Source: a virus (taxonomy: Duplodnaviria; Caudoviricetes). Taken from it: 58,762 bases of DNA. Each line of letters opens with the position of its first letter. The stretch's first letter is position 1. The notes below the pieces were generated by a model that saw nothing but the letters and a program-made list of their open reading frames with translations, was not told where the DNA came from and searched no databases. Position numbers and translations under genes: made by a program. Below, piece by piece: positions 27,393 to 35,919 of this stretch. The stretch is taken from the IMG/VR virus record IMGVR_UViG_3300035070_002022, positions 1-58,762 of that record, one strand, 5' to 3'.

Positions 27393-27423
27393 ACACGATT
27401 AATAATAGATAATACAATTGAAT
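27382..27423 (+). promoter_or_regulatory. Class I promoter 10
   Basis: TTACAGAC-taaac-ACG-N10-GATAATA-caat-TGAAT. Confidence 0.75.
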
Positions 27424-27443
27424 AATAACTAAATAAATATAAT

Positions 27444-27809
27444 ATGGAAATGACTAAAGAAGAATTACAAAGAAAAGTAGATGAGTTAACACAATCGCTA
27501 GACTCGTTCAGCAAAAACACTGAGATGCTAAAGCAAGATCTTAAAGACGCCGAACATAAACTAAGTGTAGTTAACCGTCCTAAAATTACTAAAAAGTTTT
27601 TAGATGAGCTAAGTGATACTATCGAGGAGGCTGTAGGCAACATAGATTTTACTGATACCAATGCGTACGATTTTGATTTTGAAATAGACTACGATAACAG
27701 AATTGCGTTGAGTAATATAGAATACAATGGCGCGCACGAAATAGGTGATGAAATTTTCTGCAGAGTAGAAGATATGTTTAACGTAACACCGGATGAAGAT
27801 GAGAACTAG
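27444..27809 (+). CDS. Acidic coiled-coil early protein
   Basis: 121 aa; N-terminal heptads, very acidic C-terminal half. Confidence 0.8.
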   Translation: MEMTKEELQRKVDELTQSLDSFSKNTEMLKQDLKDAEHKLSVVNRPKITKKFLDELSDTIEEAVGNIDFTDTNAYDFDFEIDYDNRIALSNIEYNGAHEIGDEIFCRVEDMFNVTPDEDEN

Positions 27810-28068
27810 AGTAAGACAAATGTACACAAGGGGTGGTAATCTTGCCCCTAACCAATTTTTGCTATACACACCTGACGGCACGTACTTCCAAAGTTATAAC
27901 AGTACAATCGCTTTTCGTGATCACAACGGCAAAATACAACTCGACGAAAACACCTGGGATTATTCACGCACTACTGGCAAGTATCGTAACGAATTCTTAG
28001 GTGAATATAAAGAACTAACTAAAGATAAAATATTATCTGGTGAATACCAGTTAACTAACTTAAATTAG
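27793..28068 (+). CDS. Conserved phage hypothetical protein
   Basis: NQF...FQSYNSTIA...WDYSRTTGKYRNEFLG, a pattern recurrent in phage early genes. Confidence 0.75.
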   Translation: MKMRTRVRQMYTRGGNLAPNQFLLYTPDGTYFQSYNSTIAFRDHNGKIQLDENTWDYSRTTGKYRNEFLGEYKELTKDKILSGEYQLTNLN

Positions 28069-28071
28069 AGT

Positions 28072-28302
28072 ATGACAGAAGAAGAGATCCAAAAGATCGT
28101 AGATATGATCGTAGAAGAATTGTTTAAACGTATGGATGCTGAGGCTAGGGCAATGAATGAAGAATTTATTCATGAGCTACCCAGTGACGAAGAGCAAATT
28201 AAAGAGCTAGGATTGTTGCTTAAGTATTACGAGAAGATAGAAGATTATGCTCACGCTGCAAATGTTTTTGCAAATATAAAACGGTTACAAAATAATAAAT
28301 AA
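28072..28302 (+). CDS. Small protein with a UVR (UvrB/UvrC)-like coiled motif
   Basis: C-terminal YEKIEDYAHAANVFANIKRL. Confidence 0.55.
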   Translation: MTEEEIQKIVDMIVEELFKRMDAEARAMNEEFIHELPSDEEQIKELGLLLKYYEKIEDYAHAANVFANIKRLQNNK

Positions 28303-28398
28303 AGCTACCCCTAAATTATTGTGGATATTTAAACTAGTAGTTATTATTTTTGATTAAAAATAAATATTAAACTACTATTAAAATTGTTTAAGTATACA

Positions 28399-28430
28399 TA
28401 TATAATCACGTGTTTTTATGACAAACATGC
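28399..28430 (-). promoter_or_regulatory. Class II-like promoter pointing antisense into the early region
   Basis: Minus strand GCATG-N13-CACGT-GATTAT-ATA; no substantial ORF downstream. Confidence 0.5.
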
Positions 28431-28463
28431 GCGGTATTATGCTAAAGTTTAAAGAAATAATAT

Positions 28464-28616
28464 ATGAATTCAAATGATAAATTAAACGAAGACATCGAGT
28501 ATCCTACTACAGCTAGTAAGTTTGATGCGTGGATGCGTAAAATAAATAATCAGTATTACTCTAATCATCAAGCTATGACAGAGGCATACAAAAAAATGCA
28601 GAATGAAAAAATATAA
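28464..28616 (+). CDS. Hypothetical protein (50 aa)
   Basis: MNSNDKLNEDIEYP...; overlaps the sigma start. Confidence 0.55.
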   Translation: MNSNDKLNEDIEYPTTASKFDAWMRKINNQYYSNHQAMTEAYKKMQNEKI

Positions 28617-29373
28617 TATAAGTAACTACGTTAGATACCAAAAAGATCTTAAACGTACATTAAATAATTTACCTGGTTTATTTTGGGAGGAGTATACCAG
28701 AGATCAACTTATAACTAAGTTCATGCCTTTAACGGAAAACTTAGCAAGAAAATTTGCTACATCACATCAAGCAATTGGTGTGCTAACTATAAATGATCTG
28801 ATACAGTCAGGACATGTAGGTTTAATCAATGCTATCGATAAAATAGATTGGGTAGTGCTAAATGAATCTAAAAATGTAGAACAAACTTTAAAATCTTTTC
28901 TATCAAAAAGAATTAAGGGTACTATTCGAAGATATATTAATCACAACATGGGTGATATCAAAATACCTGAGTGGAAGATCACAGAAATACGTAAGCAACC
29001 AAATAACCCAGCAGTTAGTAATTTGCTAAGCAAATCTAAATCCTTATATATGAGTGATTTTACCGCAAACAATGATAGTGAATCTAATTACGAACTTGAG
29101 ATAGCTGACGATGCACCAGATTACAATGTTACATTTATGAACGAGTATCTTTTAGCATTAATTAAAAAGCATTTAACCGATCGTGAAAGAGAAGTTATAA
29201 GGCTAAGTTATGGTCTTGATTGTGATAAGCATGATGCTGTTGAAATCTGTGAGATACTGGGTATCGAGGGATCTTACAAGAAGAAAGGTGTACGTATATC
29301 AGAGATAAAACGCAAGGCTATTGACAAGCTGATTGACCGTACAAATGATGCACAACTACCTGATTTACTTTAA
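28603..29373 (+). CDS. Phage RNA polymerase sigma-70-family factor
   Basis: Region 2 NDLIQSGHVGLINAIDKID; region 4 LTDREREVIRLSYGL...EICEILG...RISEIKRKAIDKL. Confidence 0.9.
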   Translation: MKKYNISNYVRYQKDLKRTLNNLPGLFWEEYTRDQLITKFMPLTENLARKFATSHQAIGVLTINDLIQSGHVGLINAIDKIDWVVLNESKNVEQTLKSFLSKRIKGTIRRYINHNMGDIKIPEWKITEIRKQPNNPAVSNLLSKSKSLYMSDFTANNDSESNYELEIADDAPDYNVTFMNEYLLALIKKHLTDREREVIRLSYGLDCDKHDAVEICEILGIEGSYKKKGVRISEIKRKAIDKLIDRTNDAQLPDLL

Positions 29374-29392
29374 TTTATAATTAAAAATAAAG

Positions 29393-29424
29393 CGTAGTTT
29401 ATTTAAAAAATGTGTAATTATATA
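29393..29424 (+). promoter_or_regulatory. Class II promoter (replication operon)
   Basis: CGTAG-N13-TGTGT-AATTAT-ATA upstream of the ATG at 29464. Confidence 0.65.
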
Positions 29425-29463
29425 TATAACACCAAAGTATTTAAACCAATAAAAACTATATAA

Positions 29464-30036
29464 ATGAAATCAAATTTAAAAATTAAATTAGCCAATATTC
29501 AGGTTAATCTTAAAGCTAAAAAATCCAGATACAATGGGTTTGGTAAATATAATTACCGTGCTGCAGAAGATATACTTGAGGCTATAAAGCCGTTCTTGAA
29601 TCATGAGAAGTGTACGGTTACCATTAATGAAGAATTAATATCTATTGACCCACCAATATTAAAATCAACGGCTAGTATTCATGATGCTGAATCCGACGAT
29701 GCTATACACTCCGACGCTATTGTCGGTGTTGATCTGCTATCTAAAGGTATGTCTATGCCACAAAAATATGGTGCAGCCTCATCTTATGCTAAAAAATATG
29801 CGTTAGGTAACTTATTACTTATTGATGATACGGCAGATGCAGATGCATCTAATGATCACAGTGGTAAGAAAGCTCAGGAAGAGATTACATCAAAAAAATC
29901 TGCACTATATGCTAAAGCATTAAAGTTTGTGCAAGGGGGCGGAGATTTAGAAGCTATATCTAAAAAGTACAAAATGACAGCGGCAGTTAAGAAGGGTCTT
30001 GAAGAAGCAATACCAACTAAAACCGAAACTCTATAA
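29464..30036 (+). CDS. ERF-family single-strand annealing protein
   Basis: YNGFGKYNYRAAEDILEAIKP...QKYGAASSYAKKYALGNLLLIDD. Confidence 0.9.
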   Translation: MKSNLKIKLANIQVNLKAKKSRYNGFGKYNYRAAEDILEAIKPFLNHEKCTVTINEELISIDPPILKSTASIHDAESDDAIHSDAIVGVDLLSKGMSMPQKYGAASSYAKKYALGNLLLIDDTADADASNDHSGKKAQEEITSKKSALYAKALKFVQGGGDLEAISKKYKMTAAVKKGLEEAIPTKTETL

Positions 30037-30788
30037 TGACGGACGCAAAACAAAAAGAAGTAATTGAATTACTTAGAAGCGACGAAGAGTATTATGACGG
30101 TATAGGTAGACAGTATAGATCAAACTCTGATATATACAAGTTACTTAATGATCCTGAGCAATTTGGAAAGCCAACTGAACAGAACATAAACTTTATAATA
30201 GGTGGTTACATACACACTGCAATACTTGAACCCGATAAACTAGAAGCTAACTATCTTATATCAGAAGCAACAAGCAGAGTAACTAAAGTTTACAAACAAG
30301 ATGTCGCGGACAACGGCGGTAAGATGATGATCTTACGAAAAGAAGTTGAAAAATGCGACATAATGATTAATAAAATAAAAAACAATTCAGTATGTCAATC
30401 TTTATTAGAAGGAGAGCAGGTTATATACGAAGAACCTGGTATCAAAAAAATAAATGATACTTGGTGGAAAGGTAAAGCCGATTGTATCAACAAAGACCAA
30501 GGCTTAATAGTAGATATAAAAACTACTGGCGATATAAATAGATTTAAAAAGAGTGCTAACATATATAACTATGACAGTCAAGCGTACATATATAAAGAGA
30601 TATTTGGATACGATTTAGTGTTCCTCGTAATATGCAAAAAGACACATCAGATAGCTATATACGATTGCTCTGAAGAATTCTATAGTAGAGGCCGTCAGAA
30701 AGTTAAAGCTGCCGTAGAAGCGTACGAAACGCTAATAAACGATCCTTTGTTTGATCTTAAGGACTATGTGAAGACAGATACATTATAG
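30036..30788 (+). CDS. PD-(D/E)XK exonuclease (RecE/DUF3799-like)
   Basis: G..IHTAILEP, KGKAD, IVDIKTT, YNYDSQAYIY. Confidence 0.85.
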   Translation: MTDAKQKEVIELLRSDEEYYDGIGRQYRSNSDIYKLLNDPEQFGKPTEQNINFIIGGYIHTAILEPDKLEANYLISEATSRVTKVYKQDVADNGGKMMILRKEVEKCDIMINKIKNNSVCQSLLEGEQVIYEEPGIKKINDTWWKGKADCINKDQGLIVDIKTTGDINRFKKSANIYNYDSQAYIYKEIFGYDLVFLVICKKTHQIAIYDCSEEFYSRGRQKVKAAVEAYETLINDPLFDLKDYVKTDTL

Positions 30789-30830
30789 TTGCAGACTAAA
30801 TACGATCAACAAAAGATAATACACATGAAT
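30789..30830 (+). promoter_or_regulatory. Class I promoter 11 (internal to the replication operon)
   Basis: TTGCAGAC-taaat-ACG-N10-GATAATA-caca-TGAAT, directly after the exonuclease stop. Confidence 0.78.
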
Positions 30831-30848
30831 CTAATTAAATTTTTTAAA

Positions 30849-31016
30849 ATGAAACGAACACCAAAACAAACCTGCTCTGTGACAGGTATAAAAACCGCAG
30901 CGAATAATTTTTATAATAACCAAACTCATGTAAAAGCCGTTGACAACATTCGACGAAACACGGGCGCGACAAAAGAACAATTAACTAGAATGTTTAACCA
31001 ATTACAAACGTATTAA
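30849..31016 (+). CDS. Hypothetical protein (55 aa)
   Basis: MKRTPKQTCSVTG...; the track's TTG start lies in the promoter, so ATG 30849 is preferred. Confidence 0.65.
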   Translation: MKRTPKQTCSVTGIKTAANNFYNNQTHVKAVDNIRRNTGATKEQLTRMFNQLQTY

Positions 31017-31019
31017 ATT

Positions 31020-31331
31020 ATGGCAAGTATTATGAAGGCAAACATAGATCTAAGTAAAATCCCAAAGGATAAGATCTATAAAGGAAAGAAAGGTAGTTAC
31101 CTACCTATTACAATTACAATTAACGATGAGCTTGGAAATTATGGCGACAATGGCCCTATAATAGTAGAGCAAACAAAAGACGAGCGTGACGCTAAAGCAG
31201 ACAAAGTTTACCTAGGTAATGTAAAAGTTGTTTGGACTAACGGCACAAACGTAGATGCAGCGCCCAGAGAGGGTGGCGGTCAACAAGCTGCTCCAGCTCC
31301 GGCTGCGGTAGAAGATGATTTACCTTTCTAA
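31020..31331 (+). CDS. Single-stranded DNA-binding protein
   Basis: Small beta protein with a flexible linker and acidic C-terminal DDLPF tip. Confidence 0.75.
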   Translation: MASIMKANIDLSKIPKDKIYKGKKGSYLPITITINDELGNYGDNGPIIVEQTKDERDAKADKVYLGNVKVVWTNGTNVDAAPREGGGQQAAPAPAAVEDDLPF

Positions 31332-31423
31332 TGGCAGAGCAATGCGAAATGTGCGGCGAGGTCATGACTAAGTGTGACTTTGAATATTGCGACATCTGTC
31401 CAGAATGCTTAGAAGGAAATTAA
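31331..31423 (+). CDS. Zn-ribbon microprotein (30 aa)
   Basis: MAEQCEMCGEVMTKCDFEYCDICPECLEGN; TAATG coupling. Confidence 0.65.
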   Translation: MAEQCEMCGEVMTKCDFEYCDICPECLEGN

Positions 31424-31439
31424 TCTAATTAAATTTATC

Positions 31440-31471
31440 GGGAGTATATAGAAATGTATGCTCCCTTTTTT
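31440..31471 (+). terminator. Intrinsic terminator
   Basis: GGGAGTATA...TATGCTCCC followed by TTTTTT. Confidence 0.75.
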
Positions 31472-31485
31472 AACCCTTATATATT

Positions 31486-31647
31486 ATGATAGAACAATGG
31501 TATCAACAAACTATAGGACAACTGATAAATGAAAAAGCAGAGTTAGAAGTAGAGAACACAGATCTAGTAGGATACATACATGCATTACTACAAGGAGATT
31601 GTCCAGAAGAATTAAAAGAACAAATTAAAGAAAAAGTATTTAGATAA
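31486..31647 (+). CDS. Hypothetical protein (53 aa)
   Basis: MIEQWYQQTIGQL...; TAATG coupling to the primase. Confidence 0.6.
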   Translation: MIEQWYQQTIGQLINEKAELEVENTDLVGYIHALLQGDCPEELKEQIKEKVFR

Positions 31648-33353
31648 TGGTAACTGAAATTAACGGCTTTGTTATTGACGAGTACAATGTACATAAGCTA
31701 GAAGAGAAGACACAAGGTATATGTCCTATGTGCTCTCACGATCGTAAGCCTAAGAATCAAAAAGCTAAATGCGCTTCTTATGATTGGAAAAGAGGTATTG
31801 GCACGTGTCACAACTGCAATAAACCTTTTCAACTGCACACCTTCAAACGCAAGGGTAAAGCAGAGAAAGTATATGAAAAACCTAAACCTTTTGTTGATAC
31901 AGAAGTATCATCTAAAGTAGTTGAGTGGTTTGAGTCAAGAGGAATAAGTAAAGAAACACTTAAAGATGTAAGAGTAACTGAAGGCCAAACGTATATGCCA
32001 CAGACTCAGAAGAATGAAAATGCTATACATTTCAATTACTTCATGGGCGGACAGTTAACAAATATCAAGTATCGTGATGCTCGCAAAAACTTTAAGCTTG
32101 TATCTGGAGCAGAAAAAGTATTCTATAACATAGATGCTACTGTTGGCTTTGAATATTGTATAATAGTTGAAGGCGAGATGGACGTATTAGCGTTACATGA
32201 AGCAGGTATAACTAATGCAATATCAGTACCAAATGGCGCAACATTAAATAATAACAACCTTGATTATCTTGATAATTGTATTGATTATTTTGAAGACAAA
32301 GAAAAGATCATATTAGCTGTTGACACAGATGATGCTGGATTAGCATTACAAACTGAGTTAATACGTAGATTAGGATCAGAAGTTTGTTACATTACAACGT
32401 TTGAAGATTGTAAGGATGCTAATGAATATTTACAAAAGTATGGAAAAGAAAAATTATCAGAGCGTATTACGGGAGCAAACCCTGTACCAATGGAGAATGT
32501 TACGACGTTTAGGGATATCGAAGACGAAGTTACCGACTTTGTACGCAATGGCTTTACACCAGGATTTCAGATTGGGCTTGAAGACTTTGATAATATCTTT
32601 TCAACTTATACCGGTCAATTTATTACTGTCACTGGTATTCCTTCTTCCGGAAAGAGTGATTTTGTGGACCAAATGGTTGTGGGATATAACAAACGTTACA
32701 ATTGGAAGACAGCGTATGCTTCGCCTGAAAATGTACCGACCTTTTTACACGCCCACAAATTAATGCGTAAGCACTGGGAAGGCATGCCTACTAAAGCAGA
32801 TATTGGTGGAGACAAGTGGAATCAAATAGCTGATCACTGTAATGCTAACTACTTTCACATTGATATGGAAAGGTATTCATTAGAAGCTGTGCTTAGAAAA
32901 GGTGCAGAGCTTGTTAAGCGCAAAGGTATTAAATGTTTAGTAATAGATCCATTTAATAAAGTGCGTGACACAAATGCAGCAAGTGATGATGTTAACCGAT
33001 ATACTATGGATTACTTAACGAAGATAGAGGTTTTTGCTAAAAAGTACGACGTACTTGTATTCGTAGTTGCTCACCCTACTAAAATGTACAAGAATCAAAA
33101 GACAGGCGAAATTGATGAGCCTACAATGTATTCTATTAAAGGCGGAGGAGAATGGTATGATGCTAGTTATCACGGGCTACTAGTACACAGAGACTATGAG
33201 GCTAACACTGTTAAAGTAAAAGTACTTAAGTGTAAGTTTCAAAACCTTGGTACTAACGGAGCTGAAACACATTTCACCTGGGAAAAGAATAGTGGCTGCT
33301 ACATACCACTAAACAAGCCAGAAGAAATTGTAATGCCCTGGGAGAATGCCTAA
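31647..33353 (+). CDS. Primase-helicase (T7 gp4/Twinkle-like)
   Basis: Zn finger CPMC...CHNC, TOPRIM IVEGEMD...AVDTD, Walker A TGIPSSGKS, LVIDP, VAHP. Confidence 0.95.
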   Translation: MVTEINGFVIDEYNVHKLEEKTQGICPMCSHDRKPKNQKAKCASYDWKRGIGTCHNCNKPFQLHTFKRKGKAEKVYEKPKPFVDTEVSSKVVEWFESRGISKETLKDVRVTEGQTYMPQTQKNENAIHFNYFMGGQLTNIKYRDARKNFKLVSGAEKVFYNIDATVGFEYCIIVEGEMDVLALHEAGITNAISVPNGATLNNNNLDYLDNCIDYFEDKEKIILAVDTDDAGLALQTELIRRLGSEVCYITTFEDCKDANEYLQKYGKEKLSERITGANPVPMENVTTFRDIEDEVTDFVRNGFTPGFQIGLEDFDNIFSTYTGQFITVTGIPSSGKSDFVDQMVVGYNKRYNWKTAYASPENVPTFLHAHKLMRKHWEGMPTKADIGGDKWNQIADHCNANYFHIDMERYSLEAVLRKGAELVKRKGIKCLVIDPFNKVRDTNAASDDVNRYTMDYLTKIEVFAKKYDVLVFVVAHPTKMYKNQKTGEIDEPTMYSIKGGGEWYDASYHGLLVHRDYEANTVKVKVLKCKFQNLGTNGAETHFTWEKNSGCYIPLNKPEEIVMPWENA

Positions 33354-33600
33354 GGTAAAAGCTAGCATGATGGGTAAGCACAACCCAAGCGAAGAAGAAG
33401 AAGCTGCAAGACGTTGGTGTATTAATAACAACATAAGAATATCACCCTCGGCAGTAGGCGCTGGAACACCTACAAGATGGATATTAGTATTAGATCTTAA
33501 TGGTAAAATAGTTAACGGCCCTGATCAACTTGCTAAGAACGAAGTGTGGATTAAAATGTATGAGTATTATATGTATTATTATAAAAAATCAAATCAATGA
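33346..33600 (+). CDS. Hypothetical protein
   Basis: 84-aa ORF overlapping both neighbours. Confidence 0.7.
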   Translation: MPKVKASMMGKHNPSEEEEAARRWCINNNIRISPSAVGAGTPTRWILVLDLNGKIVNGPDQLAKNEVWIKMYEYYMYYYKKSNQ

Positions 33601-33809
33601 AAACAAAAGAAGTAACATTTAGAGACCCTATAATTGAGAAAGTATGTGATCAATTAGTAAACAGATCCGATGTAGGATATAAAAAGTATGGTGTAACTTT
33701 AAACGAAGACGTACCGGACTTACAGAAGTGGTTGCAACACTTACAAGAAGAACTACTAGACGCGGCTAATTATGTAGAAAAACTAAAAAGTGTATTAAGC
33801 AATGATTAA
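33597..33809 (+). CDS. Small all-alpha NTP-pyrophosphatase-like protein
   Basis: RSDVGYKKYGVTL...WLQHLQEELLDAANY. Confidence 0.55.
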   Translation: MKTKEVTFRDPIIEKVCDQLVNRSDVGYKKYGVTLNEDVPDLQKWLQHLQEELLDAANYVEKLKSVLSND

Positions 33810-34626
33810 TATAGAAAGAGAATATAGAAAACTTATGTACGATATCCTTGCCACTGGCAAAGATAAGTCAGATAGAACAGGTACAGGCACAAAGTCTGTG
33901 TTTGGTAGAACTATAAAACACGATATGAGCGAAGGATTCCCTATGTTAACATCTAAGAAAGTTAGCTTTAATGCCGCAAGAACTGAATTGCTTTGGATAT
34001 TGCAAGGTAGAACAGATCTAAAGTATTTAGAAGATAACGGCGTAAATTACTGGAGACCTGATTATGAGCGCTCAGGAAGAACAGATGAAACGCTGGGTCC
34101 TGTATACGGCAAGCAATGGAGAGATTTTGATGGTGTTGACCAGCTTTACAACCTTATCGATGCTATACACAATAATCCTGATAGCCGCCGCATGATGGTT
34201 TCAGCATGGAATGTTAGCGAGCTAAGTGAAATGGCTTTACCACCGTGTCATTACGGCTTTCAAGTCTACGTAAATAACGGTGTTCTGGATTTAATGTGGC
34301 AACAAAGGTCTGCTGATGTTTTTCTTGGTCTGCCGTACGATATTGCAATGTATGGCTTACTACTCGAGATGCTGGCTAAAGGCTGTGATTTGATCCCTGG
34401 ACAGCTAATAGGACAGCTTGGAGACTGTCATTTGTATAACAATCATTTAGATCAAGCTAAGGAATTTTTAAGTAGACCAATACGAGTTACTCCTTCGCTG
34501 AAATTGCATGATGGTTTAGCTATTAGCTATGACGGCCGTGTATATATTCCAGATGCTAAAGATATTGAATTAATCGGATATAATCCATTACCTGCTATAA
34601 AAGCACCACTAAGCGTAGGTAACTAA
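33802..34626 (+). CDS. thyA: Thymidylate synthase
   Basis: DRTGTGT, ELLW, GPVYGKQWR, MALPPCH, QRSADVFLGLP, GDCHLY. Confidence 0.97.
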   Translation: MINIEREYRKLMYDILATGKDKSDRTGTGTKSVFGRTIKHDMSEGFPMLTSKKVSFNAARTELLWILQGRTDLKYLEDNGVNYWRPDYERSGRTDETLGPVYGKQWRDFDGVDQLYNLIDAIHNNPDSRRMMVSAWNVSELSEMALPPCHYGFQVYVNNGVLDLMWQQRSADVFLGLPYDIAMYGLLLEMLAKGCDLIPGQLIGQLGDCHLYNNHLDQAKEFLSRPIRVTPSLKLHDGLAISYDGRVYIPDAKDIELIGYNPLPAIKAPLSVGN

Positions 34627-34637
34627 ACAATTAAATT

Positions 34638-35483
34638 ATGAAAGAAAAAAGGTATTATGTTTACCACGTTTTTGGTAAGAAAATAGGAATGACTAGCAAC
34701 ATACAAAGACGTGTTATTGAAGAGCAAGGTTATGTAGATTCAGAATTTGAAATACTACTATCTAGCGCAAGCATGGACGTTGCATCAAATTACGAACAAC
34801 AGTTTCAAAAACAATATGGTTATCCGGAAGACAGGCAAACATATAAGCAATTAATGAAATTAAATGATATGAAAAACGAACAAAGAATAAACGTAACAAA
34901 TCAAACGACTACATTTCCTTGTCCATTACACAGTTTAAAAAGGTATATTACGCATAAAATACCTTTATCTATAGATGTAGATGGCAAACCCGTGGAAATA
35001 ACTTTAGATAATTTAGAAGAAGTTATTGTTAGTGCTAAGGTTTCAATGTATAACCCAGAACGAACTTATATATATAATAATAAGTTAGTACAGGTAGCAG
35101 GCACAGGATCAAACGACTTTAAGAGTATTACTGTTAACGATCCTACTTATGCTTACGATTACAAACCTACAGCAGCTTGTGGTAAATGTGTATTTCCTAA
35201 AATACGTGAATGGGCCAAACAGCGTGGTATATTTGACAAAGGTGATGTTAAAACACAATATGTTAAGTTAATGGAAGAAGCTGGTGAAGTTGCTAAAGCT
35301 TTGCTAACTAATGACAAGGCTGAGATAAAAGATGGTATTGGTGATATGGTTGTTGTTTTAACTAACCTAGCACATTTATCAGGCTTTACTATAGAAGAAT
35401 GTATTGACGAAGCTTACGATGTTATAAGCAAGCGCCAAGGCAATATGATTAACGGAACTTTTGTAAAGAATGAAACGCTTTAA
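34638..35483 (+). CDS. Fusion of a GIY-YIG-like N-domain and a MazG-like pyrophosphatase
   Basis: N-terminal YYVYH...KIGMTSNIQRR; C-terminal KLMEEAGEVA...DGIGDMVVVL...AYDVISKRQG. Confidence 0.75.
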   Translation: MKEKRYYVYHVFGKKIGMTSNIQRRVIEEQGYVDSEFEILLSSASMDVASNYEQQFQKQYGYPEDRQTYKQLMKLNDMKNEQRINVTNQTTTFPCPLHSLKRYITHKIPLSIDVDGKPVEITLDNLEEVIVSAKVSMYNPERTYIYNNKLVQVAGTGSNDFKSITVNDPTYAYDYKPTAACGKCVFPKIREWAKQRGIFDKGDVKTQYVKLMEEAGEVAKALLTNDKAEIKDGIGDMVVVLTNLAHLSGFTIEECIDEAYDVISKRQGNMINGTFVKNETL

Positions 35484-35919
35484 AAAGTCAAAAAAGAAAG
35501 GTCCTGTCCGCGCTAAAAAAGTTAGCGCCGATGGGATCCAATTCAGATCAGGACTTGAAAAGCATACTTACTTAGCACTAAAAGAAGCTAGCCTATTTGA
35601 ATTGTACGAAGACGAAGTATTTAAAACCCTGGAAGGTTTCACATTCCCTAACGAATCTATTGAAAAGCAATCTAATGGCAAGGGAGAGTTTAAAAACCGA
35701 GGCGCTAAAAAAATACTTGGCATTAAATACACACCGGATTTTACTGGTTATGATTACATAATCGAATGCAAAGGAAGAGCTAACGAGCAATTTCCTTTAC
35801 GTTGGAAACTATTTAAAAGATGGTGTGTTAATAATGGAGAGACAAGAACACTATATAAACCTCAGAACCAAACAGATGTTGCGGAGATGATAAAACTTAT
35901 ACTAGATGGAAGAAAATAA
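35470..35919 (+). CDS. Endonuclease I-like Holliday junction resolvase (T7 gp3-like)
   Basis: FRSGLE...YTPDF...IIECKG. Confidence 0.85.
   Translation: MKRFKKSKKKGPVRAKKVSADGIQFRSGLEKHTYLALKEASLFELYEDEVFKTLEGFTFPNESIEKQSNGKGEFKNRGAKKILGIKYTPDFTGYDYIIECKGRANEQFPLRWKLFKRWCVNNGETRTLYKPQNQTDVAEMIKLILDGRK

Noticed and set aside
21790-27423. Class I repeats as integron attC sites
   Set aside because: No internal palindrome or RYYYAAC/GTTRRRY pair, and no tyrosine recombinase in the window
28345-28352. Host Bacteroidota -7 box (TATTTTTG) as the sigma gene promoter
   Set aside because: No TTTG at the canonical 19-21 nt distance; such octamers are common in AT-rich DNA
21790-30830. Class I repeats as a CRISPR array
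   Set aside because: Spacing is irregular (176 to >3000 bp), the intervening DNA holds intact ORFs, conservation is gapped rather than contiguous, and no cas genes are present
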